Numbered from the stretch's first letter, positions 50,498 to 59,844 are shown. The stretch is 64,000 nucleotides of DNA from Candidatus Latescibacterota bacterium (GCA_965222605.1 OZ244960.1:4704001-4768000), one strand, 5' to 3'. The notes: generated by a model not told the origin, from the letters alone. Translations and numbers: made by a program.

Positions 50498-50540
50498 AAA
50501 TCCTCGTCAGATGTGATTATGACGGGGATTGTTACTTATG
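50498..50540. repeat. 43-bp palindromic repeat, copy 2
   Basis: AAATCCTCGTCAGATGTGATTATGACGGGGATTGTTACTTATG; 36/43 identical to copy 1. Confidence 0.85.
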
Positions 50541-50559
50541 CCACAAAATGTCAATCTCA

Positions 50560-51309
50560 TTATGTTGATGCACTACGAGGTAAATTATAAGGAATCCACT
50601 CCCATACCGATTGCCCGTTGTGCAATACTCTTATGCCACCGAACCTGGATAAGTCCGCTCTTGACTTATCGGTGACCCACTCGAATACAAAAGGGTATAA
50701 ATTCCCGTAGAGTTCCTTAAACTCATCAGTGACAGGGTGCGGCACTTTAACGCAGTCGGTGCTTGCATCTGAACCAAATTCTGCTCGCAATCGTCGTTTA
50801 CTTGCCGCGCTGAGTTCAAAATACCGATATTCCTTGTCCTGTATTTCAATAATTTCAAGGGGTGGTGGAATTGGAATGTTTTGACGATTGAAATTGCGAA
50901 ATAGCTCGATAGCCGCATTATAAAGTTGGTCGAAATTTTCGTGTATTTTGGCCCTTTCACCCTGATTCACAGCGAAATCTATCGCGACCCAGCCAAGCGT
51001 TAGCCTTGTTCGGAGTGAGTGAACAGATTCGCGGAATTTTGAAAGTGCTGTTTCAAGTTCAAGCTCAAAAAAATCATCGGGAAATACAATATCAAGAAAG
51101 CATTCTACTGCATTTCCACCTGGTTTAATATCTGTACGATACATTATCTGAGTACCGAGGTTTCTCGATGTAATATCCTCAAGGTCTGGAGGATTCCAGG
51201 CCGGATCTTGTCGATCTGTACCGTGTTTATAGAGGGCGCCATTGATTCCGCGCTCAGCCTGGCGCGAAACTACTCTGTGAACGGTTAAGTACATATCAAG
51301 CGGCATCAC
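50560..51309 (-). CDS. Hypothetical protein (AT-rich island)
   Basis: 249 aa ORF overlapping the upstream gene's stop. Confidence 0.7.
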   Translation of the reverse strand: MMPLDMYLTVHRVVSRQAERGINGALYKHGTDRQDPAWNPPDLEDITSRNLGTQIMYRTDIKPGGNAVECFLDIVFPDDFFELELETALSKFRESVHSLRTRLTLGWVAIDFAVNQGERAKIHENFDQLYNAAIELFRNFNRQNIPIPPPLEIIEIQDKEYRYFELSAASKRRLRAEFGSDASTDCVKVPHPVTDEFKELYGNLYPFVFEWVTDKSRADLSRFGGIRVLHNGQSVWEWIPYNLPRSAST

Positions 51310-51673
51310 GTATAGGGTTATGAGGATGGTTTACGAAGTCATTCTCTGTATGCGGCATTTCACTCTGAGGTCGAACAGTGGTAATACATTGATCAGAGAT
51401 AATACATTTAGCTATGACTGTACTTCCCAGTGTAAGCTTAAACGGCTTGAGAGGAGGAAGTTCTGTAAAGGGAGCTTTGGGAGAGAGAAATGATATCCAG
51501 GCCAGTGATATTCCGCTTTGATCCGGTGGGTGCAAGAGGTCCGCATGCATTGACCATGGGCCCACATCTTCATTGTTGTCATTCAGATGTGCCTCGGCAG
51601 TTAGAAACACTGTCGGCCAAAAGTCTTGCAGTTCTGGAGAAAAACGTATCTTTGCAAAGAGCTTTTGCTTCAT
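51296..51673 (-). CDS. Putative immunity protein with EF-Tu domain III-like beta-barrel pattern
   Basis: PWS...AWISFLSPKAP...L...FKLTLGSTVIAKCII; ATGA overlap with the upstream toxin-like gene. Confidence 0.5.
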   Translation of the reverse strand: MKQKLFAKIRFSPELQDFWPTVFLTAEAHLNDNNEDVGPWSMHADLLHPPDQSGISLAWISFLSPKAPFTELPPLKPFKLTLGSTVIAKCIISDQCITTVRPQSEMPHTENDFVNHPHNPIRDAA

Positions 51674-52047
51674 AGCGTCACCTCGAATAGTTTCGCGCCT
51701 TCTAATTGGTCAAAACGAGCAAAGTAGCACGCTCCGATGTCATCAGTTCTTGCACCAATAAAATATATTTCTTTTGCAACTATTGCAGACAAGCGCACTT
51801 CTAAGACAAATCCTATCTCCTGTTCAAAACCTTTATCCATTTTCAGTTGTCCCCATTTTAGTGCCAGTTCTGGCATGGTGGTGAGGTGTTTGCCGAATTC
51901 CGTACCGCCCAGTTTCGGTTCAAGACGACGAGAGCCTCTTACACTTTCAAGCTCTGCTTTGCTGACTCGCCGAAAGAAGACTGCTTCATTCCGGTCAATC
52001 CGATAGCTGGATGGTGGGTTATTGGGTACCGGCCGCTTCTGGGGCAT
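51670..52047 (-). CDS. Stand-alone Rhs C-terminal-like toxin domain (putative ART fold)
   Basis: FRRVSKAEL...GKHLTT...ALKWG...DDIGACYF resembles Rhs-tip domains of the YRAVSxAE...GKxF...A.xWG...DGIGPAY type. Confidence 0.55.
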   Translation of the reverse strand: MPQKRPVPNNPPSSYRIDRNEAVFFRRVSKAELESVRGSRRLEPKLGGTEFGKHLTTMPELALKWGQLKMDKGFEQEIGFVLEVRLSAIVAKEIYFIGARTDDIGACYFARFDQLEGAKLFEVTL

Positions 52048-52196
52048 AGGTGTGAGTTGTGAGAAATTGTCTTAGGACTTCAAATTCAGCGTATCTCATC
52101 GTAGCCTGTGTAAAAATATATCCATATAGAACTGATAAGTCCAGTAGGGATTTGAGAATATAGACTCAATGGCAATCCGTTACATGGCTTTTTTCT

Positions 52197-52225
52197 TTGA
52201 CAACTCGCTTTTGGGGCGCAATTAT
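52197..52225 (+). promoter_or_regulatory. Sigma70 promoter for rraA
   Basis: TTGACA-N17-AATTAT. Confidence 0.5.
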
Positions 52226-52278
52226 AGGGGTTGTAAAAATGCGGAGTCACTGTTGAAAAATATTTTAAGAGGTGATTA

Positions 52279-52776
52279 ATGGCTTTCAAAACTACTGATT
52301 TGTGCGATGAACACGAAACCGATCCAGCACTTCAAGTTGCTGAGCCGATATTTAATGACTATGGCGGCGTCACGGCATTTTGCGGTCCGATTGCCACAGT
52401 TAAAGTGCGCGAAGACAATGTGCTCGTGCGCCAGATACTCGAAACGCCGGGCGAGGGGCGCGTACTCGTCGTCGATGGCGAGGGGTCGACGTGGTGTGCG
52501 CTTTTGGGGGATATGGTCGCTGAAATCGCCAGCGACAACGGCTGGTCGGGGGTTGTCATAAATGGTGGTGTGCGCGATGTGTCTGAAGTTGCGAAAATCG
52601 ATATAGGTGTCAAAGCGCGTTTTGCTGTGCCGCGCCGCAGCCGAAAAGAAGGTCAGGGCCGACAGGATACGCCTCTTGCATTTGCCGGTGTCACCTTTCT
52701 TCCGGGCGATTATCTCTACGCCGATGAAGATGGGATCTTGATTGCCACGAGAGATTTATTAGACGCGCAGGTGTAG
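52279..52776 (+). CDS. rraA: RraA family protein (HMG/CHA aldolase-like)
   Basis: TTDLCD, EDNVLVR, VLVVDGEGS, ALLGD and GVRD motifs. Confidence 0.92.
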   Translation: MAFKTTDLCDEHETDPALQVAEPIFNDYGGVTAFCGPIATVKVREDNVLVRQILETPGEGRVLVVDGEGSTWCALLGDMVAEIASDNGWSGVVINGGVRDVSEVAKIDIGVKARFAVPRRSRKEGQGRQDTPLAFAGVTFLPGDYLYADEDGILIATRDLLDAQV

Positions 52777-52820
52777 CCGTACCTCGACCCGCAAAACAAC
52801 CTCACACTATGGAGACAACT

Positions 52821-54188
52821 ATGCCGCAGACAGATCGACCGAATATTTTATTTATTATGGACGACCAGCATCGTTTTGATTATATGGGTTGTGCAGGTGC
52901 TGATTTTGTTCGCACGCCCAATATTGACCGCCTGGCAAAGCAGGGGGTACACTTTACTCAATGTACGACAAATTGTCCGGTTTGCGCGCCTTCGCGCATA
53001 GCACTGGCTTCTGGGATGCAGCCTTCGCGCCTCGGGTGCGTTGGGAACAATTGCTTCTTGCCTCGTAGCCAACCGACTTATTACCAGCAATTGCGCGATT
53101 ACAATTATTACGTGGGTTGTGTGGGCAAGCTCGACCTGGCCAAACCCGATGGGTATAATGGACGCGATGGCGACAGGCCCGCTACGTATATGTGGGGCTT
53201 TACCCATCCGGTCGAATGCGAGGGCAAAATGCACGCCGGACATTCCAAAACACCGCAGGGGCCTTATAACCACTTTTTGGAGGAAAAAGGGTTGCTCGAT
53301 GCTTTTGTCGATGATTATACCCGTCGCTCCAAAGAGGGTTATCACGCCTCCTGTCACGATTCGGTCTTGCCCACCGAAGCGTTTGAAGATGTGTATATTG
53401 GGCAGCGATCTGTCGAGTGGATTGAGAATATCCCGGGGGATTTCCCCTGGCATTTATTTGTGAGCTTTGTAGGACCCCACGATCCTTTTGATCCGCCAGC
53501 CGAATACGGCGAGAAGTACCGCGATGCAGAGATGCCACCCGCCACGCCTGCAAATTTGCCGGGTAAACCCTCGTACTTAAAAGATCGCGTGAAAGACGTG
53601 ACTCCCGAAAAAATCGCGGAGACCCGACGGCAATATTGCGCGGCAATTGAGGCGATTGATGATCAGATCGGTGAGATGCTCGCGGCAGTTGAACGGCGGG
53701 GGATGACTGATAATACGTATGTCATCTTTTCCAGCGACCACGGAGAAATGCTGGGCGATCACGGTTTGTACACCAAAAGCGTGCCTTATGAAGCATCGGT
53801 ACACGTTCCTCTCATTGTTGCGGGACCCGGCATTGAAGGCGGTCGCGTCTCAGATGCTCTCGTTGAACTCATTGACATGAATCCAACGATATGTGATCTT
53901 GCCGGCGTCCCCCCGCTTTCGGATATCGACGCGCGATCAATTGGCGCGGTTCTTCGCGGAGAGGCAGAGGAACACCGCACGGAAACTGTGAGTGGCATAC
54001 AAAATTTCAGGTGTATCCGCACGCGCGAGCACAAATTGGTCGAGAACTATAACGATGTTACGGAACTCTACGATTTAATCGCAGATCCTGCGGAAGAACA
54101 CAATATCGCCGAACAGGAGCCAGAGGTGAGGCGCGAATTGTCTCGCCGTCTCTCAGCGCGTTATTTAGAAGGCACCTGGTATCGGTAG
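52821..54188 (+). CDS. Formylglycine-dependent sulfatase
   Basis: PNILFIMDDQ, CAPSR, PHDP and SDHGEMLG motifs. Confidence 0.95.
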   Translation: MPQTDRPNILFIMDDQHRFDYMGCAGADFVRTPNIDRLAKQGVHFTQCTTNCPVCAPSRIALASGMQPSRLGCVGNNCFLPRSQPTYYQQLRDYNYYVGCVGKLDLAKPDGYNGRDGDRPATYMWGFTHPVECEGKMHAGHSKTPQGPYNHFLEEKGLLDAFVDDYTRRSKEGYHASCHDSVLPTEAFEDVYIGQRSVEWIENIPGDFPWHLFVSFVGPHDPFDPPAEYGEKYRDAEMPPATPANLPGKPSYLKDRVKDVTPEKIAETRRQYCAAIEAIDDQIGEMLAAVERRGMTDNTYVIFSSDHGEMLGDHGLYTKSVPYEASVHVPLIVAGPGIEGGRVSDALVELIDMNPTICDLAGVPPLSDIDARSIGAVLRGEAEEHRTETVSGIQNFRCIRTREHKLVENYNDVTELYDLIADPAEEHNIAEQEPEVRRELSRRLSARYLEGTWYR

Positions 54189-54197
54189 GAGGGAATC

Positions 54198-55181
54198 GTG
54201 AAATACACCAAACTCCCCGGTACGGATATCGATGTCTCTGTTATTGCTCTGGGCTGCTGGCCTTTTGCTGGTGGTGATGTTTGGGGAGAGCAAGACGACG
54301 ATGTATCTATCGCGACGGTGCATGCCGCGCTCGATGCGGGTATCACTTTTTTTGATACGGCAGAAGGCTATGGCAAGTCCGAACGCGTGCTCGGGCAGGG
54401 TCTCAAAGGTCGTCGGCAAGACGCGGTGATCGCCACCAAAGTTGGAGGTGGTCATCTTTCATCCGATGATTTGCCCAAAGCCTGCGAACAAAGCCTGAAA
54501 AATCTGCAAACAGATTATATCGATTTGTACCAAATTCATTGGCCCAATCACAATATTCCCATCGCAGAAACAGCAAGCGCGCTTCAGCGTCTCCGCGATC
54601 AGGGAAAAATTCGGGCCATTGGCGTTTGCAATTTTGCTTGCGGCGATCTGAGTGACTTGCTCGCTGTTGCCGATATTGTCACCAATCAGTTGTCCTTTAG
54701 CTTGCTCTGGCGCGTTATTGAACGCGAGATTCAACCGATGTGTTTGGAAAACAATATTGGCATTATCTGTTATAGCCCACTGATGCAGGGGTTGCTTACC
54801 GGACGTTATGCTTCTGCGGATGACGTGCCAGATGGGCTGGCGCGAACGCGCCTGTTTGCGAGTGATCGCCCCATGTCCAAACACGGCGAGGAAGGCTGTG
54901 AGGCCGAAGTGTTTGACGCGCTGGAAAAAATTTGCGCTGTCGCCGATGAAGCAGGCGTTGCAATGGCCGAGATTGCCCTTGCCTGGGCACTACAACAACC
55001 CGGCATTACATCGCTTCTGGTAGGCGCGAGAAATCCCGATGAAGTGCAATGGAATCTTCCTTCGGTTGATCTCATATTGCCAGAAGAGATTCTGCAATGC
55101 TTATCTGAAATTACAGAAGGTGTTAAAGACAAACTCGGCAATAATCCCGATATGTGGATGTCGGAGTCGAGGATGAGATAG
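54198..55181 (+). CDS. Aldo/keto reductase
   Basis: FFDTAEGYG, IATK, IDLYQIHWP and YSPLMQG motifs. Confidence 0.95.
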   Translation: MKYTKLPGTDIDVSVIALGCWPFAGGDVWGEQDDDVSIATVHAALDAGITFFDTAEGYGKSERVLGQGLKGRRQDAVIATKVGGGHLSSDDLPKACEQSLKNLQTDYIDLYQIHWPNHNIPIAETASALQRLRDQGKIRAIGVCNFACGDLSDLLAVADIVTNQLSFSLLWRVIEREIQPMCLENNIGIICYSPLMQGLLTGRYASADDVPDGLARTRLFASDRPMSKHGEEGCEAEVFDALEKICAVADEAGVAMAEIALAWALQQPGITSLLVGARNPDEVQWNLPSVDLILPEEILQCLSEITEGVKDKLGNNPDMWMSESRMR

Positions 55182-55256
55182 TTTTCCGAAACAAATTTTA
55201 CTCGTATTTGTCTCATTTTTTAGATACGCTACGGTAGAAAAGATCAGGAGGCTCTC

Positions 55257-55604
55257 ATGGCTCATCTTCAGATTGACGACCCAGAAACATTTTTTCGCAT
55301 CTTTGCAGATCTTTTGGCTGCTGGCGAAGACGACAAGCACATGGCTCGAAAACTGGGATGCTCGCGGGGCGAAAGCAAGCGCAGGCGGCAGGTGTTTCAA
55401 AAAGGGGGCATTGTGACGAAAGACGGCGTGTCAAAAGAAAAATTAGATGCGTGGCTGTCTTCAAATGACGGTCAGCGCGCACAGCGCCAGTGGGAAGCCC
55501 ATCACAGACGACAACAGGCCCTGGGGGCAACGGGTACCAAACCACAAAAGGGATTTCGCAGACAGCCCGAGGTCAAACGCGGTTGGTCGCGGCAAAAGAT
55601 TTGA
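55257..55604 (+). CDS. Small basic hypothetical protein, possible HTH
   Basis: AGGAG RBS; HMARKLGCSRGE segment; followed by a terminator. Confidence 0.6.
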   Translation: MAHLQIDDPETFFRIFADLLAAGEDDKHMARKLGCSRGESKRRRQVFQKGGIVTKDGVSKEKLDAWLSSNDGQRAQRQWEAHHRRQQALGATGTKPQKGFRRQPEVKRGWSRQKI

Positions 55605-55629
55605 GGTAACAATATTAGTTTGGGATTAC

Positions 55630-55663
55630 AAAAAAGGCCGATGGGCGATGTCCATCGGCCTTT
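55630..55663. terminator. Bidirectional terminator
   Basis: AAAGGCCGATGG...CCATCGGCCTTT between convergent genes. Confidence 0.8.
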
Positions 55664-55686
55664 CATATTTTTTAGATCGTTCATCG

Positions 55687-56655
55687 TTAATCGCGTTTCA
55701 AGTCCAGCCAATCGAGCTCTTCTTGCGTGAGTTTCAAATTGAGGGCTTCGATATTGGCTTTGCACTCATCGGGATGGAATACGCCGATTAGTGAAAAGAG
55801 ATTCAGGGGCTGATTCAGATTGAATGCCAGCGCGATTTGTGGCACGGTCAGTCCTTTTTCTTTTCCCAGTTCTCCCGCGCGGTCCAGGCGTTTGAAGTTT
55901 TGTTCGTAACAATAGGCTTCGACACAGGAACCCGGTAGATTTGCTTTGTAGTCTTCATAAGTTTCGCGCGTAAATCTGCCAGAAAAAAATCCCTGTGCCA
56001 GGCTCGACCAGGTAAACAGGGGCATGTTTTGTTCTGCGTACCACGCCCGGTCCGCCTCGTTGTATGGCCCACTGATGCTGATACAGCCTCTCCAGGGTTC
56101 TTTAACCTGTTCTGCAAGGCTGTAATTGGGGCTGCTCACGGTGAATGGTTCCAGATTGTGCTTATATGCGTATTCATTGGCTTCCTGTATGCGCGGCACG
56201 GTCCAGTTCGATCCGCCAAATAGTCCGATCCGGCCTGCTGCTTTGTGTTCGTTTAATATCTCTACTATTGGTCCAACTTCAACATTGAGATCATCGCGGT
56301 GTAATACATAGATGTCGATAAAATTCGTTCGGCAACGCTCTAATGAAGTGGTCAGATCGGCTGTAATATCAACTGGTGTGACTTTATTTTTGTTTCCACT
56401 GTGATGTGCGCCCTTTGTTAAGATGACGGCTTCGCCGAACAGGCCGCGCTCGTCGAGCCATTGCCCCAAGACGCGCTCACACTGTCCACCGCCGTAAATA
56501 TACGCACAATCAAAGCCGTTGACGCCGAGTGCCCACACGCCGTCTAACAGGTCAAATGATCCTTGCAGGTCGTCTTCGCGCAACATCATTGTACCTTGCA
56601 AAATACGCGAATTTTTTTTGTCCATTCCTTCAATTTTGCCGTATTCCATTGGCAT
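55687..56655 (-). CDS. Aldo/keto reductase
   Basis: FDCAYIYG, LTKG, IYVLHRD and WSSLAQG motifs. Confidence 0.92.
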   Translation of the reverse strand: MPMEYGKIEGMDKKNSRILQGTMMLREDDLQGSFDLLDGVWALGVNGFDCAYIYGGGQCERVLGQWLDERGLFGEAVILTKGAHHSGNKNKVTPVDITADLTTSLERCRTNFIDIYVLHRDDLNVEVGPIVEILNEHKAAGRIGLFGGSNWTVPRIQEANEYAYKHNLEPFTVSSPNYSLAEQVKEPWRGCISISGPYNEADRAWYAEQNMPLFTWSSLAQGFFSGRFTRETYEDYKANLPGSCVEAYCYEQNFKRLDRAGELGKEKGLTVPQIALAFNLNQPLNLFSLIGVFHPDECKANIEALNLKLTQEELDWLDLKRD

Positions 56656-56659
56656 GATA

Positions 56660-57646
56660 TTATTCCCTTTCCATCGGATATTTCAATCCCCATTGTTCTC
56701 GAATTGCGTCCAGTGTCTGCATATTGGCAAGCGTATCGTCGTGTGACATGAGATCGCTTTCCAGCTTGCCTTCTCTTACGCAGCGGGCCACCTCGGCGGC
56801 TTCACACTCGTATCCGTTTCCAGCGCATTCCAGTGTTATGACTTCCTCTTTGCCGCCGGCGGACAGGGTTGCCGTGCGTCCATCCCAAAACTGCGGCACT
56901 GTAATCATGCCATCTGTGCCCAAAATTTTTGCCTCGTGTGGTGTTTTGATTCGCACACCGCACGAAATCAATGCGAGTTGCCCTTTATCGTAGCCAAATA
57001 CCATAGCCGCCTGTTCATCTACTCCGGTCTCGCCAATATGCGCCTGGCTTGAAATGGTGGCAGGTTGCGTATCGAAGATCATGGACGCATAAGAGATGGG
57101 ATAAATCCCAATATCGAGCAGTCCGCCGCCACCGAGCGCGAGATCGAACAAGCGACCTTCGGGATTGAGGCGGGCGCGAAATCCAAAATCGGCATATAAC
57201 ATTCGCACCTCGCCAATTGCGCCGTCTGTGACCCACGCCTTTACCTGTTTGGTAATGGGCAAGAATCGGGTCCACATGGCTTCCATCAAAAACACGCCTT
57301 CACTGCGGGCGACTTCGATAACTTCTCTGGCTTCGTGCTGGTTGATTGTAAATGGTTTTTCGCACAACACGGGCTTGCCCGCTTTCAGGCATAAGATACT
57401 GTGCTCTTTGTGAAAGGGATGGGGCGTTGCCACATAAACCGCATCGACTTCTGGATCTTCGGCGAGTGCTTCATAAGAGGCGTGGCGATTGGGTACATCA
57501 TACGCGTCGGCAAAGGCGTCGGCGCGATCCTGGCTGCGCGATCCCACGGCTACGAGTTGTGCATCGTCGAGTGCACGCAATCCCGTGGCAAACTTATGTG
57601 CAATACTGCCGGGGCCGATAATGCCCCAGCGAAAGATATCACCCAT
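56660..57646 (-). CDS. Gfo/Idh/MocA oxidoreductase
   Basis: WGIIGPGSIA, LCEKP and GGLLDIGIY motifs; true start MGDIFRW with GAGGA RBS. Confidence 0.93.
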   Translation of the reverse strand: MGDIFRWGIIGPGSIAHKFATGLRALDDAQLVAVGSRSQDRADAFADAYDVPNRHASYEALAEDPEVDAVYVATPHPFHKEHSILCLKAGKPVLCEKPFTINQHEAREVIEVARSEGVFLMEAMWTRFLPITKQVKAWVTDGAIGEVRMLYADFGFRARLNPEGRLFDLALGGGGLLDIGIYPISYASMIFDTQPATISSQAHIGETGVDEQAAMVFGYDKGQLALISCGVRIKTPHEAKILGTDGMITVPQFWDGRTATLSAGGKEEVITLECAGNGYECEAAEVARCVREGKLESDLMSHDDTLANMQTLDAIREQWGLKYPMERE

Positions 57647-57663
57647 TATTGATCCTCTTCTGA

Positions 57664-58392
57664 TTATGAGGTTGAAAATAGAACATACAAAATCATGCGT
57701 ACGGCGAGCAGTGTTACCAGCCACCTTAAAAGTACGCGAAAATGGTGCTCGGGTACGCGCCCGCGGATCAGCGTTCCCAGGTAAGACCCAAGCGATGCCG
57801 AAACGATCATACCAATGACCAATTTCCAATACGGTGCAAAGGCAAAACCCAAAAACCCAAATGTCAAAATTTTCATTGTATGGCTCGATGCCATCTGAAC
57901 CGAATGCGTGATTACCGTGCGATCGCGGGGCAGGTTTTCTCGCAAGAGAAATGGCATATTGAGCGGACCACTTACGCCAAAAAACAGAGATAAAGCCGTT
58001 TGAAAAGCACCCAGAAGTGTAAATTTTGCGGGTAAATCGGGCGCGCGGAAAAATTTGGGCATCCAGGTGATGATCAAAATAAAAATACCCAAAAAGAGGG
58101 GCATGGTTTCCCATTCAAAGTAGGCAATAAAACGGGAACCCAACACGGCGCCAATCACTGTTCCGATTGCGTATTGTCCCACAAGACGCCATGCTGTATG
58201 CTTGAGGCCAAAGAGAGAGCGGCTCAAATTACTGGCAATTTGCACCAGTCCGTGAACCGGGATAATCGCCGCTGCGGGGAGGAAACCCGGCATAATCGCA
58301 ATGAGGACAACGCCGCCGCCAACGCCGCCAACAGCCGCGATCATCGATGTTATACACGCCGCCCCGATCAAAAACCAATCCGCTATTGCCAT
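57664..58392 (-). CDS. TauE/SafE sulfite exporter family protein
   Basis: GVGGG N-terminal motif; about 8 hydrophobic segments; downstream of a sulfatase. Confidence 0.85.
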   Translation of the reverse strand: MAIADWFLIGAACITSMIAAVGGVGGGVVLIAIMPGFLPAAAIIPVHGLVQIASNLSRSLFGLKHTAWRLVGQYAIGTVIGAVLGSRFIAYFEWETMPLFLGIFILIITWMPKFFRAPDLPAKFTLLGAFQTALSLFFGVSGPLNMPFLLRENLPRDRTVITHSVQMASSHTMKILTFGFLGFAFAPYWKLVIGMIVSASLGSYLGTLIRGRVPEHHFRVLLRWLVTLLAVRMILYVLFSTS

Positions 58393-58399
58393 GCACTCA

Positions 58400-59836
58400 T
58401 CACCAGGTTATATAATGGGTTACAGACTCGCCCCGTTTGGCGGTAAAGCGATCGTATTTCGGATGGATAAAATCTTCGGTCGCATCCATGTGGGCGTAAA
58501 AAGCCCGCTTCATTTCTTCCCTTTTTTTCGGTTGGGCATCGTATAGATTGTCCAGTTCATCGGAGTCGTCAATTAGATTGTACAGCTCGCCGTAATTTTT
58601 TGTCGGATAGTGAATATATTTCCATTCTCGCGTGCGGATGCAGCGTTTATCGACCGCTTCGGCAAAGATTATGTCTCGTATTTCCGATTGTTCGCCGTTC
58701 ATCAGCGGCGACAAATCCATGCCCTGCACGCATTCGGGCGCATCAAAACCCGCTAATTGCGCCATTGTGGGAAATAGATCTACGGTTTCGGTCAGTGCAT
58801 CGCAATCGCCGCCTGCACGACCGGGCACGGCAATAAAACACGGTATGTGTAACATGCAATCGAGGAGAAATGGTGCTTTAGCCGGGATACCGTGATCGCC
58901 TAAAAATTCACCGTGGTCCGATAGAAAAACCACGATGGTCTCATCCGCTACGCCCTTTTTCTCTAATGTCTCGACGATCAGGCCCACCTGATGGTCAATT
59001 TGGGATACCATGCCGTAATACGCTGCCTTCATCTTGCGGAATGTTTCATCGGAAGCCTGGTCAAACCCGCGGTATTTGTGGTGTTCTGCTTTGAAATACA
59101 AACCGTATTCAGGCGGCTTTTTTGCGATGTCGTCTTCTGCGCGTCGAAAGGGGGGCATTGCATTGGGATCGTACATGTTTGCAAAATGCCCAGAGGGAAC
59201 ATAAGGATGGTGAGGTCCGTAGAATCCCACCCATAAGAAAAAGGGATTACTCGTATCCAATCCTTCGAGGTATTCAATGCTTTTCATTCCTACATAGGCA
59301 TCAATGTGGCAATCTTCGGGGAGATCGGATGGCACGGCACCGAGGTTTTTGCGAAAATTGGGCAGGGCGTATCCCGTTTTATATTCGTATCCTCGATCGC
59401 GAACATATTGCTCAAATGGATTGGGATCCGTGACTGTATAATTCCCATCTGCGCGCTCTTTCCATCCCCGCCGTATTCCCACAGCGTCCATGTGATCGAG
59501 TATCTGTCGAAAACGCTGCTGTCCAATGCCGTGTTTGCCCACACCGGCGGTTGTATAGCCCTGGTTTTTGAATGCTTCTACCATTGTAATTTCATTTTCG
59601 TTGAGCTTTGAACCGTTCCATTTTACGCCGTGATTTTTTGGATAACGTCCGGTCATAAATGTCGCACGCGACGGTGAACATACGGGATTTTGTACAAAGC
59701 AGTTTGAAAATCGCGTGCTCCTCTCGGATAGGGCGTCAATTGCAGGCGTTTGTATGACGCGATCCCCCGTGCATCCCAGCGTATCATATCGCAAATGGTC
59801 TGTCGTAATAAATAAGATATTGGGCTGTTTAATCAT
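58400..59836 (-). CDS. Formylglycine-dependent sulfatase
   Basis: PNILFITTD, CSPSR, PHHP and SDHGEFLG motifs. Confidence 0.95.
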   Translation of the reverse strand: MIKQPNILFITTDHLRYDTLGCTGDRVIQTPAIDALSERSTRFSNCFVQNPVCSPSRATFMTGRYPKNHGVKWNGSKLNENEITMVEAFKNQGYTTAGVGKHGIGQQRFRQILDHMDAVGIRRGWKERADGNYTVTDPNPFEQYVRDRGYEYKTGYALPNFRKNLGAVPSDLPEDCHIDAYVGMKSIEYLEGLDTSNPFFLWVGFYGPHHPYVPSGHFANMYDPNAMPPFRRAEDDIAKKPPEYGLYFKAEHHKYRGFDQASDETFRKMKAAYYGMVSQIDHQVGLIVETLEKKGVADETIVVFLSDHGEFLGDHGIPAKAPFLLDCMLHIPCFIAVPGRAGGDCDALTETVDLFPTMAQLAGFDAPECVQGMDLSPLMNGEQSEIRDIIFAEAVDKRCIRTREWKYIHYPTKNYGELYNLIDDSDELDNLYDAQPKKREEMKRAFYAHMDATEDFIHPKYDRFTAKRGESVTHYITW

Positions 59837-59844
59837 CGCATACC

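Noticed and set aside
50186-50540. CRISPR array or integron attC interpretation of the 43-bp repeats
   Set aside because: There are only two copies, 269 bp apart; no cas or intI genes; no clear RYYYAAC/GTTRRRY ends.
52019-52099. 26-codon ORF MRYAEFEVLRQ... overlapping the toxin-like gene start
   Set aside because: It is too short, with no RBS or motif, and cannot be distinguished from chance.
57647-58114. N-terminal extension of the Gfo/Idh/MocA ORF
   Set aside because: It overlaps the TauE gene in another frame; the true start is 57646 with an RBS.
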